Origin: Rhodothermales bacterium
Lineage (GTDB): Bacteria > Bacteroidota > Rhodothermia > Rhodothermales > JABDKH01
Direction of reading: 5' to 3'
Length of the DNA stretch: 64,000 bases
Assembly: GCA_965224105.1 (NCBI GenBank)
Contig: CBDCYH010000002.1
Coordinates: 900,150-964,149, forward strand
The position numbers were made by a program, and so were the translations under genes. The notes beneath the pieces were generated by a model, which saw only the letters and a list, made by a program, of their open reading frames with translations, ran no database searches and was not told where the DNA came from. This document shows, piece by piece, positions 19,101-26,844 of this stretch (the first letter of the stretch is position 1; the number at the start of each line of letters is the position of its first letter).

Positions 19101-19856
19101 CGTGCCGATCATGCCCGGGTTGGTGAGGGAGACAGTCGTTCCTGTAAAATCAGATAGTTCGAGCTTGCTATCCCGAGCGCGCTTGACGAGGTCGTTGTAG
19201 ACACCAATGAATTGCGGAAAAGTCAGGTTGCCGCAGTCTTTGATGTTCGGTACAAGTAGAGTGCGTTTACCGCGGCGCTCGATATCGATTGCGATGCCCA
19301 TATTGATTCCGCCGGGCGTAACGTGTTCGAGGTTCTCACCCGACCGGCGGAAGTACGAATTCATGTTTGGGACTTCGAGCAGCCCTTTCACCACTGCCCA
19401 TCCGATGAGGTGCGTGTAGGAAACTTTGTCGCCACCGATGTTGCGCTGAAAATCGTTAATCAGCTTCCGGTTTTCCGCCATCAGTTTGACGGGGAAGGCT
19501 CTAACGGATGTTGCGGTAGGGACCTCGAGGCTGGCCTCCATGTTCTCCGCGATCTTTCCCGAAGGCCCGCGAAGCACTTTTACGTCTTCGGGTTCGCCCG
19601 GGGGCGCGGCCTCTGTTACGGCACCGTCTCCTCCCCGCACCTTGTCGTCCGCAGCAACCACTGCAACTGCATCGGATGTTTTTACGGCGGGCGCAACCGA
19701 CGGCGTGTTCTGCTTGCGCGCCTCTTCGGCTGCAGTGAACGATTCGGTCGGGGTATAATCAGCAAAGAAGTCCTGCCAGCTCTCGCTGACGCTCTTCGGA
19801 TCATCCAAATACTGCCGGTACAGTTCCTCTATATAGCCGGTGTTAAATCCTAACAT
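16176..19856 (-). CDS. sucA: Multifunctional 2-oxoglutarate dehydrogenase, OdhA/Kgd type: SucA N-terminus + lipoyl-less E2 catalytic domain + E1 ThDP domains
   Basis: 1226 aa. N-terminus MLGFNTGYIEELYRQYLDDP (SucA). Residues about 100-330 carry an acyltransferase catalytic domain with the DHRxxxG active site (TYDHRVIQGAQSGAFL). E1, transketolase-like and C-terminal OGDH domains follow. Confidence 0.9.
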   Translation of the reverse strand: MLGFNTGYIEELYRQYLDDPKSVSESWQDFFADYTPTESFTAAEEARKQNTPSVAPAVKTSDAVAVVAADDKVRGGDGAVTEAAPPGEPEDVKVLRGPSGKIAENMEASLEVPTATSVRAFPVKLMAENRKLINDFQRNIGGDKVSYTHLIGWAVVKGLLEVPNMNSYFRRSGENLEHVTPGGINMGIAIDIERRGKRTLLVPNIKDCGNLTFPQFIGVYNDLVKRARDSKLELSDFTGTTVSLTNPGMIGTSLSVPRLMQGQGLIVGVGSIGYPPEYHAFPPEVVSKTGISQVMTLTSTYDHRVIQGAQSGAFLAYVTNLLLGKETFYDTLFAELGIPHQPYRLAIDNTPAIGGSALTSDQEMIHKQARVLQLIRAYRVRGHLQADVNPLGHVWEYHPELDPASYGLTIWDLDREFDTGGLGGMDSLLPLRDILEVIRDTYTRKIGVEYMHISSPEEKRWLQERIEPVRSSEELPPEEKRRILSNMNAAEAFERFLHTKYIGHKRFSLEGAETVIPLVDTILSSAADGKVEEVVIGMAHRGRLNVLANILHKPYEVIFSEFEGSLDPNTTQGSGDVKYHLGFEGSHVSAEGNEVAITLASNPSHLEAVNPVVEGMVRAKQRTRMDRGEQENEIDSWDAVMPLLIHGDAAFAGQGVVAETLNLSQLPGYHTGGTIHVVINNQIGFTTTPEEARSSTYATDVARMIQAPIFHVNGDDPEACVRVARMAFDYRQEYDKDVVIDMLCYRVHGHNEGDEPTYTQPLLYEKIEAKRSVRKLYTEALLARGEMSLEEAEKMLDDYRARLQEAFDETKEIAERDAEKTVTLPESSKEVESFGSIDTGVPESGLDRVLDALVSWPDDFGIHKKLVRQFERRKNLYKEKQIVDWGLAEALAYGSLLVDGKNVRLAGQDSQRGTFSHRHGVLVDQSTGDDYIPLNHIQEEQGTLLIYDSFLSEYAACGFEYGYSVAAPNTLVLWEAQFGDFANGAQIIFDQFMSAAEEKWGQKSGLVLLLPHGYEGQGPEHSSARLERFLQLCAQGNMSVCTFTSPANFFHALRRQMMRGNRKPLVVMSPKSLLRHPMAVSPVSELVAGSVQRMIPATADPARARKLVFCSGKVYFDLLARMEESEDLRAEIAITRIEQFYPFPSDEVGPELQRYANASEVLWLQEEPKNMGAWTFIAPRIERLMADAPGAKQLRYVGRDASASPSTGSAKVHQLQQQAILDEVLA

Positions 19857-19965
19857 GCAATTGCCAGTAACTTCTCACTGATGATGACTTGATCCACGAG
19901 AACGTTTTGCCAGGCTGGAGGATTCGCGCAGATCTGGTTAAGGTACCACTCCAACGCTTCATCGG

Positions 19966-20958
19966 CTATAACCATCCGATGCGCCGGTACCAGTCAATCG
20001 TATCTCGTACTCCCTGTTCAATATCGGTTGACGGAGCGTATCCAAAATCGGATGCAGCTTTTGCAGATGAACACATTTTGCATGCGTGCACGATTTCGCG
20101 AGCTTTTTCAATATTTAGCGGAGGATACTTTCCAGTAAGTTTTCCTGCGGCCTCGCTAAGAAATCCGATGGGCTGCACCAGAAACTCGGGAACGGAAATT
20201 GACCGCACCTTTCTCCCAAGCGCCAACTCCGTTGCCTGGATGATTTCCCGCCAGCTCGATTGCGAACTTGGTCCCAGGAAATAGGTGCCACCAGCCGTGC
20301 CTGGTGTTTCCGCGGCCGCTATCATTCCGTCGACCAGATCAGAAACATAAACCAGGCTTATTTCGGGATCGCGACCGTGACCGATGAAGGGTCCAAAGCC
20401 TTTGCTTGCGGTCTGAAAAAATGTGAAGATGTCCTTTTCACGCGGGCCGTACACAGACGGTGGACGCACTACGACGACAGGTAACCCATTTTCGGATGCA
20501 ATCTCCCAAACCATCTCTTCCATCTCCACCTTGCTCCGCCCGTACATGCTCACAGGCGCAAGTGGAGTCTCCTCTGTAGCGATGCCTGAAGTCGCATCGC
20601 CCACCACGGCAAGCGAGCTGGTGATGAGAATATTTCTGGGTTGGGCGTTCGGATTTGTTGCTACCGCCTCGAGCAGATTGCGCGCTCCCTGTACATTGGC
20701 ACTATGAAACTCTTGCCACGTTTTACCACGAGTTTGCGCAGCTACATGGTAGACATAGTCGGCTGAAGTTACCGCCTCATAGAGGACGTCGCGTTCCAGA
20801 CCCCCCTTTACAATTTCAACATTGTATCCGTCGAGCCACTTCGGATCGCTCCGAACAAGACACACCACGTGTTTACCGAGCTCCAGTAATTTCTCGACAA
20901 GATGGCTGCCTACAAATCCGGTGCCGCCCGTTACCAAGACTCTTTCCGCGCCGGGCAT
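19966..20958 (-). CDS. NAD-dependent epimerase/dehydratase (extended SDR)
   Basis: 330 aa. TGGTGFVGSHL Rossmann motif. The Y..K catalytic motif is not located. Confidence 0.85.
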   Translation of the reverse strand: MPGAERVLVTGGTGFVGSHLVEKLLELGKHVVCLVRSDPKWLDGYNVEIVKGGLERDVLYEAVTSADYVYHVAAQTRGKTWQEFHSANVQGARNLLEAVATNPNAQPRNILITSSLAVVGDATSGIATEETPLAPVSMYGRSKVEMEEMVWEIASENGLPVVVVRPPSVYGPREKDIFTFFQTASKGFGPFIGHGRDPEISLVYVSDLVDGMIAAAETPGTAGGTYFLGPSSQSSWREIIQATELALGRKVRSISVPEFLVQPIGFLSEAAGKLTGKYPPLNIEKAREIVHACKMCSSAKAASDFGYAPSTDIEQGVRDTIDWYRRIGWL

Positions 20959-22382
20959 CAGGATCGACGCTCCAGTTGAACCACATTTTCGATATGATGG
21001 GTATGCGGAAACATGTCGACAGGCTGAATGGCGATGACGTCGTAATTTTCTGCCAGCACGCTCAGGTCCTTTGCCTGCGATTGTGGATTACAACTTACGT
21101 ATACGATCCTCCGCGGTCCGAAACCTGATAACCTGCGCACAACCTTTGGATGCATTCCTGCGCGCGGAGGGTCGGTGATGAGCACGTCCGGTTTGCCATG
21201 TTTTTCCAGAAACGACTCATTAAAAATTTCCAACACGTCCCCAAGCACAAATTCGCAATTCTCGACCCCATTCTCCTCCGCGTTCCGGCGAGCATCCAGC
21301 ACCGAGGCCTCAATCACCTCAATGCCAACAACTCTTTTGCAAAATTCGGACAGGAAAATCGAGATCGATCCAGCACCAGAAAAGAGATCGTAGACGACTT
21401 CACCGCCTTCGAGCTCCGCGAAATCTCTGGCAACGTCATACAGTACTTCTGCCTGCGTAGTATTCGTTTGGAAGAAGGCATTTGGTGCAAGCCCGAAGGA
21501 GTACTTCCCAATTTTGTCGACAATCCGGCCGCTGCCAAAAATAATGTCCGTTCGCTCTCCGTAGGATGTTTGCGCGACTCCACTGTTGATGGTGTTTACA
21601 AGGCTTGATACTCCATCAACTTGTTGCAGCGCCCCGGCAACTTTCGACATCCTCTCCTCGTCAGCGCGGTTAGTAACAAGGTTGACCAGATGATCTCCGG
21701 AACTCGTCGAAGAGCGGATCACCAGATGGCGTAAATAGCCTGTGTGGTTGCTCACGTCCCATGGCGTCCAGCCCTCCGATACGGCAAGCGATCGGATCAC
21801 GTTCAGGATCTCGACCGCCGTTTCCGTCTGCAGGTAGCATACATCCAGGTCCAGCACTCTCTTGTAAGAACCCGGCGCGTGCAACCCGAGCGCAAAGCCC
21901 CGCTCAAAAACCTCATCCGATTCGATTTCCTCCCGAGTCAACCAGCGGTGCGCGCTGAAAGAAAACTCCATCTTGTTTCTGTACCAGAGCGTTTTCGCTG
22001 ATGGGATCACCTGGCGCACCATGGATGCATCAATGCCGGGCACATTTCTCAGCGCTTCTTGAACGGCCTGCTGCTTGGCCTCCAGCTGATGTTCGTACTT
22101 AACGTGTTGCCACTTACAACCACCGCATGTACCGAAGTACTTGCAAGTGGGGGTCGTGTGTAAACTGCTTGGTTCGAGAATCTCCTCGAGCCTCGCTTCA
22201 GCATATTTGCGTTTCTTTTTGAAAATTCTGGCTCGGATGCGATCGCCCGGAGCGACTCCAGAAACGAAAACCACAAAATCATTCAGCCGCGTGACGGTCT
22301 TCCCCCTATCGGCAAACTTGTCTACGACAAACTCTATTGTTGCCCCTCGCTTTATTCTTGTCTCAGCGGTCGTTTCTGTCAT
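20958..22382 (-). CDS. rlmD: 23S rRNA (uracil-5-)-methyltransferase RlmD/RumA (TRAM + [4Fe-4S] + SAM MTase)
   Basis: 474 aa. CKYFGTCGGCKWQH cluster cysteines. C-terminal SAM-binding and catalytic Cys motifs. 1-nt overlap with the downstream gene. Confidence 0.9.
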   Translation of the reverse strand: MTETTAETRIKRGATIEFVVDKFADRGKTVTRLNDFVVFVSGVAPGDRIRARIFKKKRKYAEARLEEILEPSSLHTTPTCKYFGTCGGCKWQHVKYEHQLEAKQQAVQEALRNVPGIDASMVRQVIPSAKTLWYRNKMEFSFSAHRWLTREEIESDEVFERGFALGLHAPGSYKRVLDLDVCYLQTETAVEILNVIRSLAVSEGWTPWDVSNHTGYLRHLVIRSSTSSGDHLVNLVTNRADEERMSKVAGALQQVDGVSSLVNTINSGVAQTSYGERTDIIFGSGRIVDKIGKYSFGLAPNAFFQTNTTQAEVLYDVARDFAELEGGEVVYDLFSGAGSISIFLSEFCKRVVGIEVIEASVLDARRNAEENGVENCEFVLGDVLEIFNESFLEKHGKPDVLITDPPRAGMHPKVVRRLSGFGPRRIVYVSCNPQSQAKDLSVLAENYDVIAIQPVDMFPHTHHIENVVQLERRS

Positions 22383-22384
22383 AT

Positions 22385-24790
22385 TTAGAATGCGTGTCCG
22401 ATGCCAAAGTGAATTGTCGGTTTCGAGAGTCCATCGGGGAAGAGGCCACTCTCGGTGCGACTTGGATCATACCCCTTGTATGCAAAATCCAGACGAGCAA
22501 TGAAGTACTCCCACGCGATGCGAAGACCGACTCCAGTTCCTACCCCGATCTCTTTGTAGGCAGTTCCAAACCGAAATCGCCCAGACGGATCATCTGGATC
22601 GTCTTGCTGGAAACCAGGGTTTCGTGGGCCGAACCAGATGTTGCCTGCGTCCGCGAACGTAGCGAAAATCCACTCCGCCGCCAAGACGTTTCTGAAGATA
22701 CTTGACCGCAGCTCGGCGCTCGTCTCAATCTTAATGTCACCTCCAAGAATGTTCGCCTGCTCCAGAGCCGTAGTTTCGGAAAGAAGATCAATCGAGCCGG
22801 GCCCGAGCTCACCCAAGCTCCATCCTCGTACACTGAACGCGCCACCACTAAAGAATCGCCGGTCAAACGGAACGAGACGTGATCGACCGGTGGGATGAGA
22901 GTATCCCGCGAACGCTTTCCATGCCACGACATTCCACGAATTTAATGGTCGGTACGATCGATAGTCGCCCACAAACCGAACATACGGTCTGTAGTTAAGT
23001 CGACTTGTGTTGCCGCCAAAGAATGGGAGCCCCGGCAAGCTCTGCTCGATTGTCCCCGGCGAGAATACGGCGCGGTCCAGTAGCGATGGTACCGTCCCTC
23101 CAATTTCCGCCACCGATTCTCTCGAGTAACCGGTTTTCCTGCTTAGCGGATTCACCGTTACTGACCGCAGCGTGTATCGGAACGCATTGTTGACCTGCGG
23201 CTTCGTATAGTCCTCTATTATCTGGGCACGTTGGACAGGATCTCCCTCGATCGAGGACAGCAGCGGATCCAGAAATGTCTGACCAAATCCTTCGAGCGTG
23301 TCGGGATTGCTCACGCTGATGTCCACCAGATCCACCAACGACGAAACTGTTGGTGAGTGTTGCATATTTAGTCGGAGACGCATGTTGCCCCTGCCGCGGA
23401 CAATCAGCTTAAGCTCGTCACGTCGCGCAGTCAGGAGGGTGAGCGACCACCGCGCTGACGAATTATACAGACCCAGCCTGTCATCCAATCCGCCGAAAGG
23501 CCAGACCATGTACGGATACTGCAACGATGTGGAGACCTCGACCTGGGACGAAGTGAACAATCGGAAATCTGAATCCGCCGCTATCGATCCGGCCAATCGC
23601 AGTTGGAAAGCCTCGCCGGCTCCGAGCAGATTCGCATTGCGATACGACACCCCGACTCCGGTACCTAGCTCAGTATCGGCTCCCCCGATTACACCCCCTC
23701 GCTGTAACATAAATGTCTCGAACCGAACGCGGTGCCTGGACCGCGTTGCAAGCCGGATCTTGTGCGCAAGGTACAGCGATGTGTTGATCGTATCGACTCG
23801 TTGTGGATCAATGCTCGTATACAGAAAAGCGCCCGTCGCTTCCAGTCGTTTCTTTGTGTCGATGACGCGGGAATAATTGTACAGCTCGCCAGGCGAAAAT
23901 CGCGTAGTCCTTTCGAGCAGCGATGTCTTTAGTCTGCTATCGCCGGAAAAACTCGCAACAACCTCGCCGGCATCCGAATTATCCATCGTCTCGATGCGTT
24001 CTTCCGTCTCCGACTCAGGTCCCGAAACCTGGTATTCCGTCGAGCCAAAGTAATACTGCCTCCCCGGCCGGATGCGGAAATCGACATCGAACGAATCACT
24101 GCCTACCGGGATGATGACCGCCTGAATAGAATCCCGGTTAACCGACGCGTAACCGTTGTTGCGAAGGATCGAGAGCACCCGCGTCCTCTCACGTACCAGT
24201 TTCGGCTCGGAATAGCGTTCACCCTCAATTACTGGCGCACCCGCCCGTTCCTCCGGTTCTGTGATTTCCGCGCGCAAATCCTCGGTGATGTTATCGAGCC
24301 CCCCGTGCGTAAGCGTCCGCACGAACGTCGGCCGACCGGCCTGTATTACGAACGCAACTTCCACCCAGCGAGAATCAGACACCTCCCGAATGTCATACTC
24401 AACCGAAACCTGTCTGAATCCTTCCTGCAGGTAAAACTGGATGAGGCGCTCGCGATCAATCTCGAGATCCGAATGCAGCAAGTATGCCGGCGGTTCACCA
24501 CTCTTGCTGAGCGCCTTCCCGATCCGGCCATTGTCATTCAGGCGGTAAAGCCACAACCACCACCTGAAACCGGGAAGGCCGAGCAGCTCCCTGTTGGGGC
24601 GTGACCGGATACGCAGTAGTAGTTCGAGTGACGAGAACACTTTCTCACCCTCGAACGAAATCTCGCCGATTAGTTTTGTCGAATCAGCCGGAAAACCCGG
24701 AGTGGTCTGGGCAATAACCGATTCCTTCACGCAACTGCAAATCGCAATCGTCAGGAAGAACGTCCGTAAGAGTGCGCGTGCGGAAAACAC
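22385..24790 (-). CDS. Omp85-family outer-membrane protein (BamA/TamA-like; POTRA region + C-terminal beta-barrel)
   Basis: 801 aa. Signal peptide. C-terminal surface-antigen barrel ending ...HFGIGHAF (terminal aromatic). GxDxG-like barrel motifs. Confidence 0.78.
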   Translation of the reverse strand: MFSARALLRTFFLTIAICSCVKESVIAQTTPGFPADSTKLIGEISFEGEKVFSSLELLLRIRSRPNRELLGLPGFRWWLWLYRLNDNGRIGKALSKSGEPPAYLLHSDLEIDRERLIQFYLQEGFRQVSVEYDIREVSDSRWVEVAFVIQAGRPTFVRTLTHGGLDNITEDLRAEITEPEERAGAPVIEGERYSEPKLVRERTRVLSILRNNGYASVNRDSIQAVIIPVGSDSFDVDFRIRPGRQYYFGSTEYQVSGPESETEERIETMDNSDAGEVVASFSGDSRLKTSLLERTTRFSPGELYNYSRVIDTKKRLEATGAFLYTSIDPQRVDTINTSLYLAHKIRLATRSRHRVRFETFMLQRGGVIGGADTELGTGVGVSYRNANLLGAGEAFQLRLAGSIAADSDFRLFTSSQVEVSTSLQYPYMVWPFGGLDDRLGLYNSSARWSLTLLTARRDELKLIVRGRGNMRLRLNMQHSPTVSSLVDLVDISVSNPDTLEGFGQTFLDPLLSSIEGDPVQRAQIIEDYTKPQVNNAFRYTLRSVTVNPLSRKTGYSRESVAEIGGTVPSLLDRAVFSPGTIEQSLPGLPFFGGNTSRLNYRPYVRFVGDYRSYRPLNSWNVVAWKAFAGYSHPTGRSRLVPFDRRFFSGGAFSVRGWSLGELGPGSIDLLSETTALEQANILGGDIKIETSAELRSSIFRNVLAAEWIFATFADAGNIWFGPRNPGFQQDDPDDPSGRFRFGTAYKEIGVGTGVGLRIAWEYFIARLDFAYKGYDPSRTESGLFPDGLSKPTIHFGIGHAF

Positions 24791-24848
24791 TGAGCTGGGG
24801 AGGCGTTAACAACTAAGGGGACACTACAATGGCAGTATCGTGTTCCCT

Positions 24849-25067
24849 CTACTCGTCCTCGTAGTAGAAATCCTCATCCTGCATCGGATAGTCAGGCCAG
24901 ATCTCCTGGATACTCTCGTATGGCTCGCCCTCGTCTTCGATGGCCCGAAGGTTGTCGATCACCTCGAGCGGGCTTCCCGTTCGATCGGCATAATCGATCA
25001 ACTCTTCTTTCGAAGCAGGCCATGGGGCATCTTCGAGATGCGATGCTAATTCAAGGGTCCAGTACAT
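24849..25067 (-). CDS. DUF2795-family small acidic protein
   Basis: About 73 aa from the internal ATG. Acidic C-terminus (...DEDFYYEDE). The DUF2795 assignment is from pattern memory only. Confidence 0.5.
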   Translation of the reverse strand: MYWTLELASHLEDAPWPASKEELIDYADRTGSPLEVIDNLRAIEDEGEPYESIQEIWPDYPMQDEDFYYEDE

Positions 25068-25268
25068 GTATGCTTGTCTAGTATTCTCTATCAGTGAATG
25101 GGAACCGGCAATGCAACGTCGCCGCACCCGTCTGCAATTGAATAGTGCTTTCCTGAATGGAAGCAAGACTATAGGATGTGCCACTGAAAAAAGCAAGAAA
25201 TGTGAGCCAATATGGCTGACTTTCGCGCTGGGGAAGTGAATTTGGCGAAATTTGGCTGCTGATTCGCC

Positions 25269-26246
25269 CTAATCGAGCGAAATACCGTCCTTCTGGGACT
25301 CTACCAGGAGTTTTTGGAACTCGGTTGGCGTCATGCTGGGAGCGAAGAAAAGTACGGGGTTGAGAGGCTTGCCGTCCTCTTTGCGCACTTCGTAGTGGAG
25401 ATGCGGAGATTTGGAGAGCCCGGTGTTGCCACTTAGTCCAAGAACCTGGCCTCTCTTGACTTGAACACCCGGTTTAATGCCCTCGCCAATTTTCGACAGG
25501 TGGGCAAACGTTGTTACGTAACCTACTGTTGGATGGTGCACTCGAACATAGTTACCCAGTCCACCCCCAACTCCTGCCTCTTTCACCACGCCGTCGCCTG
25601 GTGCGACAATGGGAGTGCCCGTTCCAACAAGAATGTCTATCCCGTTATGTGGGCGCCTGATTTTCAGGATGGGATGCATTCGCGAACCGAATCCGGATAT
25701 CACCGGTCCGTCGGTAGGCAGTACTGCTGGCATTTCGTGCATCGCCGTTGCATGCCGTCGCGTAATGTCGGTTAGCTCCCGGTAGCTCGCATTTTGCAGG
25801 TCGATTCGTCGTTGTATTGCGTCGAGGGTCTCGGCAGACTCGGTCAGCAATTCGGAGGTTCGTTCTGGATACTTGGCAAACTCGGGGTAGGGTGCGGATC
25901 CTCCAACACCAACCTGGCGCACGTCATCGGAGATTGGGTCCGCCTGGAGTAGGGCCCGATAAAGATCACGATCCACGTCCGACAGACGGTCCAGCTCGTC
26001 GTTCAGGCTCGATATTTTTGAGGTAAACTGCTCTAGCTGTGCCTGCAATACCTCTTTTTCTGCCTGGAGGCTCGATTCTTCCGGTGATTGGATGATCGCG
26101 TCCAGAAGGAAGACGCCTATTGCGAATAGAAATACCAGTCCGACTACGGAAAGGGTGACAAGTTTAGGCGAGAGGTGAACAGTTTTGTCCATTTGGACAA
26201 ACTCATAGCGTTCCTCATCAAACTTGTAGATGTTCTCTGTGGACAT
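25269..26246 (-). CDS. Membrane-anchored M23-family metallopeptidase
   Basis: 325 aa. N-terminal TM plus coiled-coil. HxxxD (HNGIDI) and HxH (HLHYEV) M23 motifs. Confidence 0.88.
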   Translation of the reverse strand: MSTENIYKFDEERYEFVQMDKTVHLSPKLVTLSVVGLVFLFAIGVFLLDAIIQSPEESSLQAEKEVLQAQLEQFTSKISSLNDELDRLSDVDRDLYRALLQADPISDDVRQVGVGGSAPYPEFAKYPERTSELLTESAETLDAIQRRIDLQNASYRELTDITRRHATAMHEMPAVLPTDGPVISGFGSRMHPILKIRRPHNGIDILVGTGTPIVAPGDGVVKEAGVGGGLGNYVRVHHPTVGYVTTFAHLSKIGEGIKPGVQVKRGQVLGLSGNTGLSKSPHLHYEVRKEDGKPLNPVLFFAPSMTPTEFQKLLVESQKDGISLD

Positions 26247-26460
26247 TGCCGTCGCAACCCGAATATCCGAGCCATTGGGTGAAATAAAGCACAGGGTTAA
26301 GCACCCGGAAAGCGCACGTACAGATAGTTCTAGTCGCGGCTCCTCATCACAATAGACTCGAAATATATGAAAATTGGGCGTAGCACTACAAGCACCCGGT
26401 TGTAGTTATCGGCCGGTTCTAGCCTAAAATGAAGGACTTAGCCATAATGGAATTCACATT

Positions 26461-26841
26461 CTAGTCGTTGCCGATGACGAGCGCGTCCGGCAGGTCGTTC
26501 CTTTGCGCGTTCGGGTTCAATAGCGGACCGGTGAGCGGCAGCTCGAATGCGGTGAGGAAAGGCGCCATTGTCGAGAAGAATAGCTCCTGCTGCAATTCGA
26601 TCATATCGTCTGTGAAACCGTGCTTCTCATCAGCGTGACCGGCGATGTCGAGATAGAACATCCGCGGCCAATCGGGAAATTGCTTTTGGGCGCTTATGAT
26701 CAGCCCGAACATAGCCTGCGCGGCGGTATCAAAGCTATCGTCGGGTCCAACGATGTGATAGATCGATACGGTATTATCGAAATTCATCGCAATACCGGGC
26801 GACGATGGCTTGTTGTACTCAGGTGCGTTCGGCTGATTCAT
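26461..26841 (-). CDS. Hypothetical 126-aa protein translationally coupled to the uvrA stop
   Basis: ATG lies 3 nt after the uvrA TAA. No recognisable motif. Confidence 0.5.
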   Translation of the reverse strand: MNQPNAPEYNKPSSPGIAMNFDNTVSIYHIVGPDDSFDTAAQAMFGLIISAQKQFPDWPRMFYLDIAGHADEKHGFTDDMIELQQELFFSTMAPFLTAFELPLTGPLLNPNAQRNDLPDALVIGND

Positions 26842-26844
26842 GGT

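Noticed and set aside
22385-24790. Possibility that the 801-aa Omp85 protein and the C-terminus of the 977-aa chimera are a recent tandem duplication or mobile element
   Set aside because: The two are 18 kb apart and have no visible nucleotide repeats or flanking inverted repeats. They are treated as distinct Omp85-family members.
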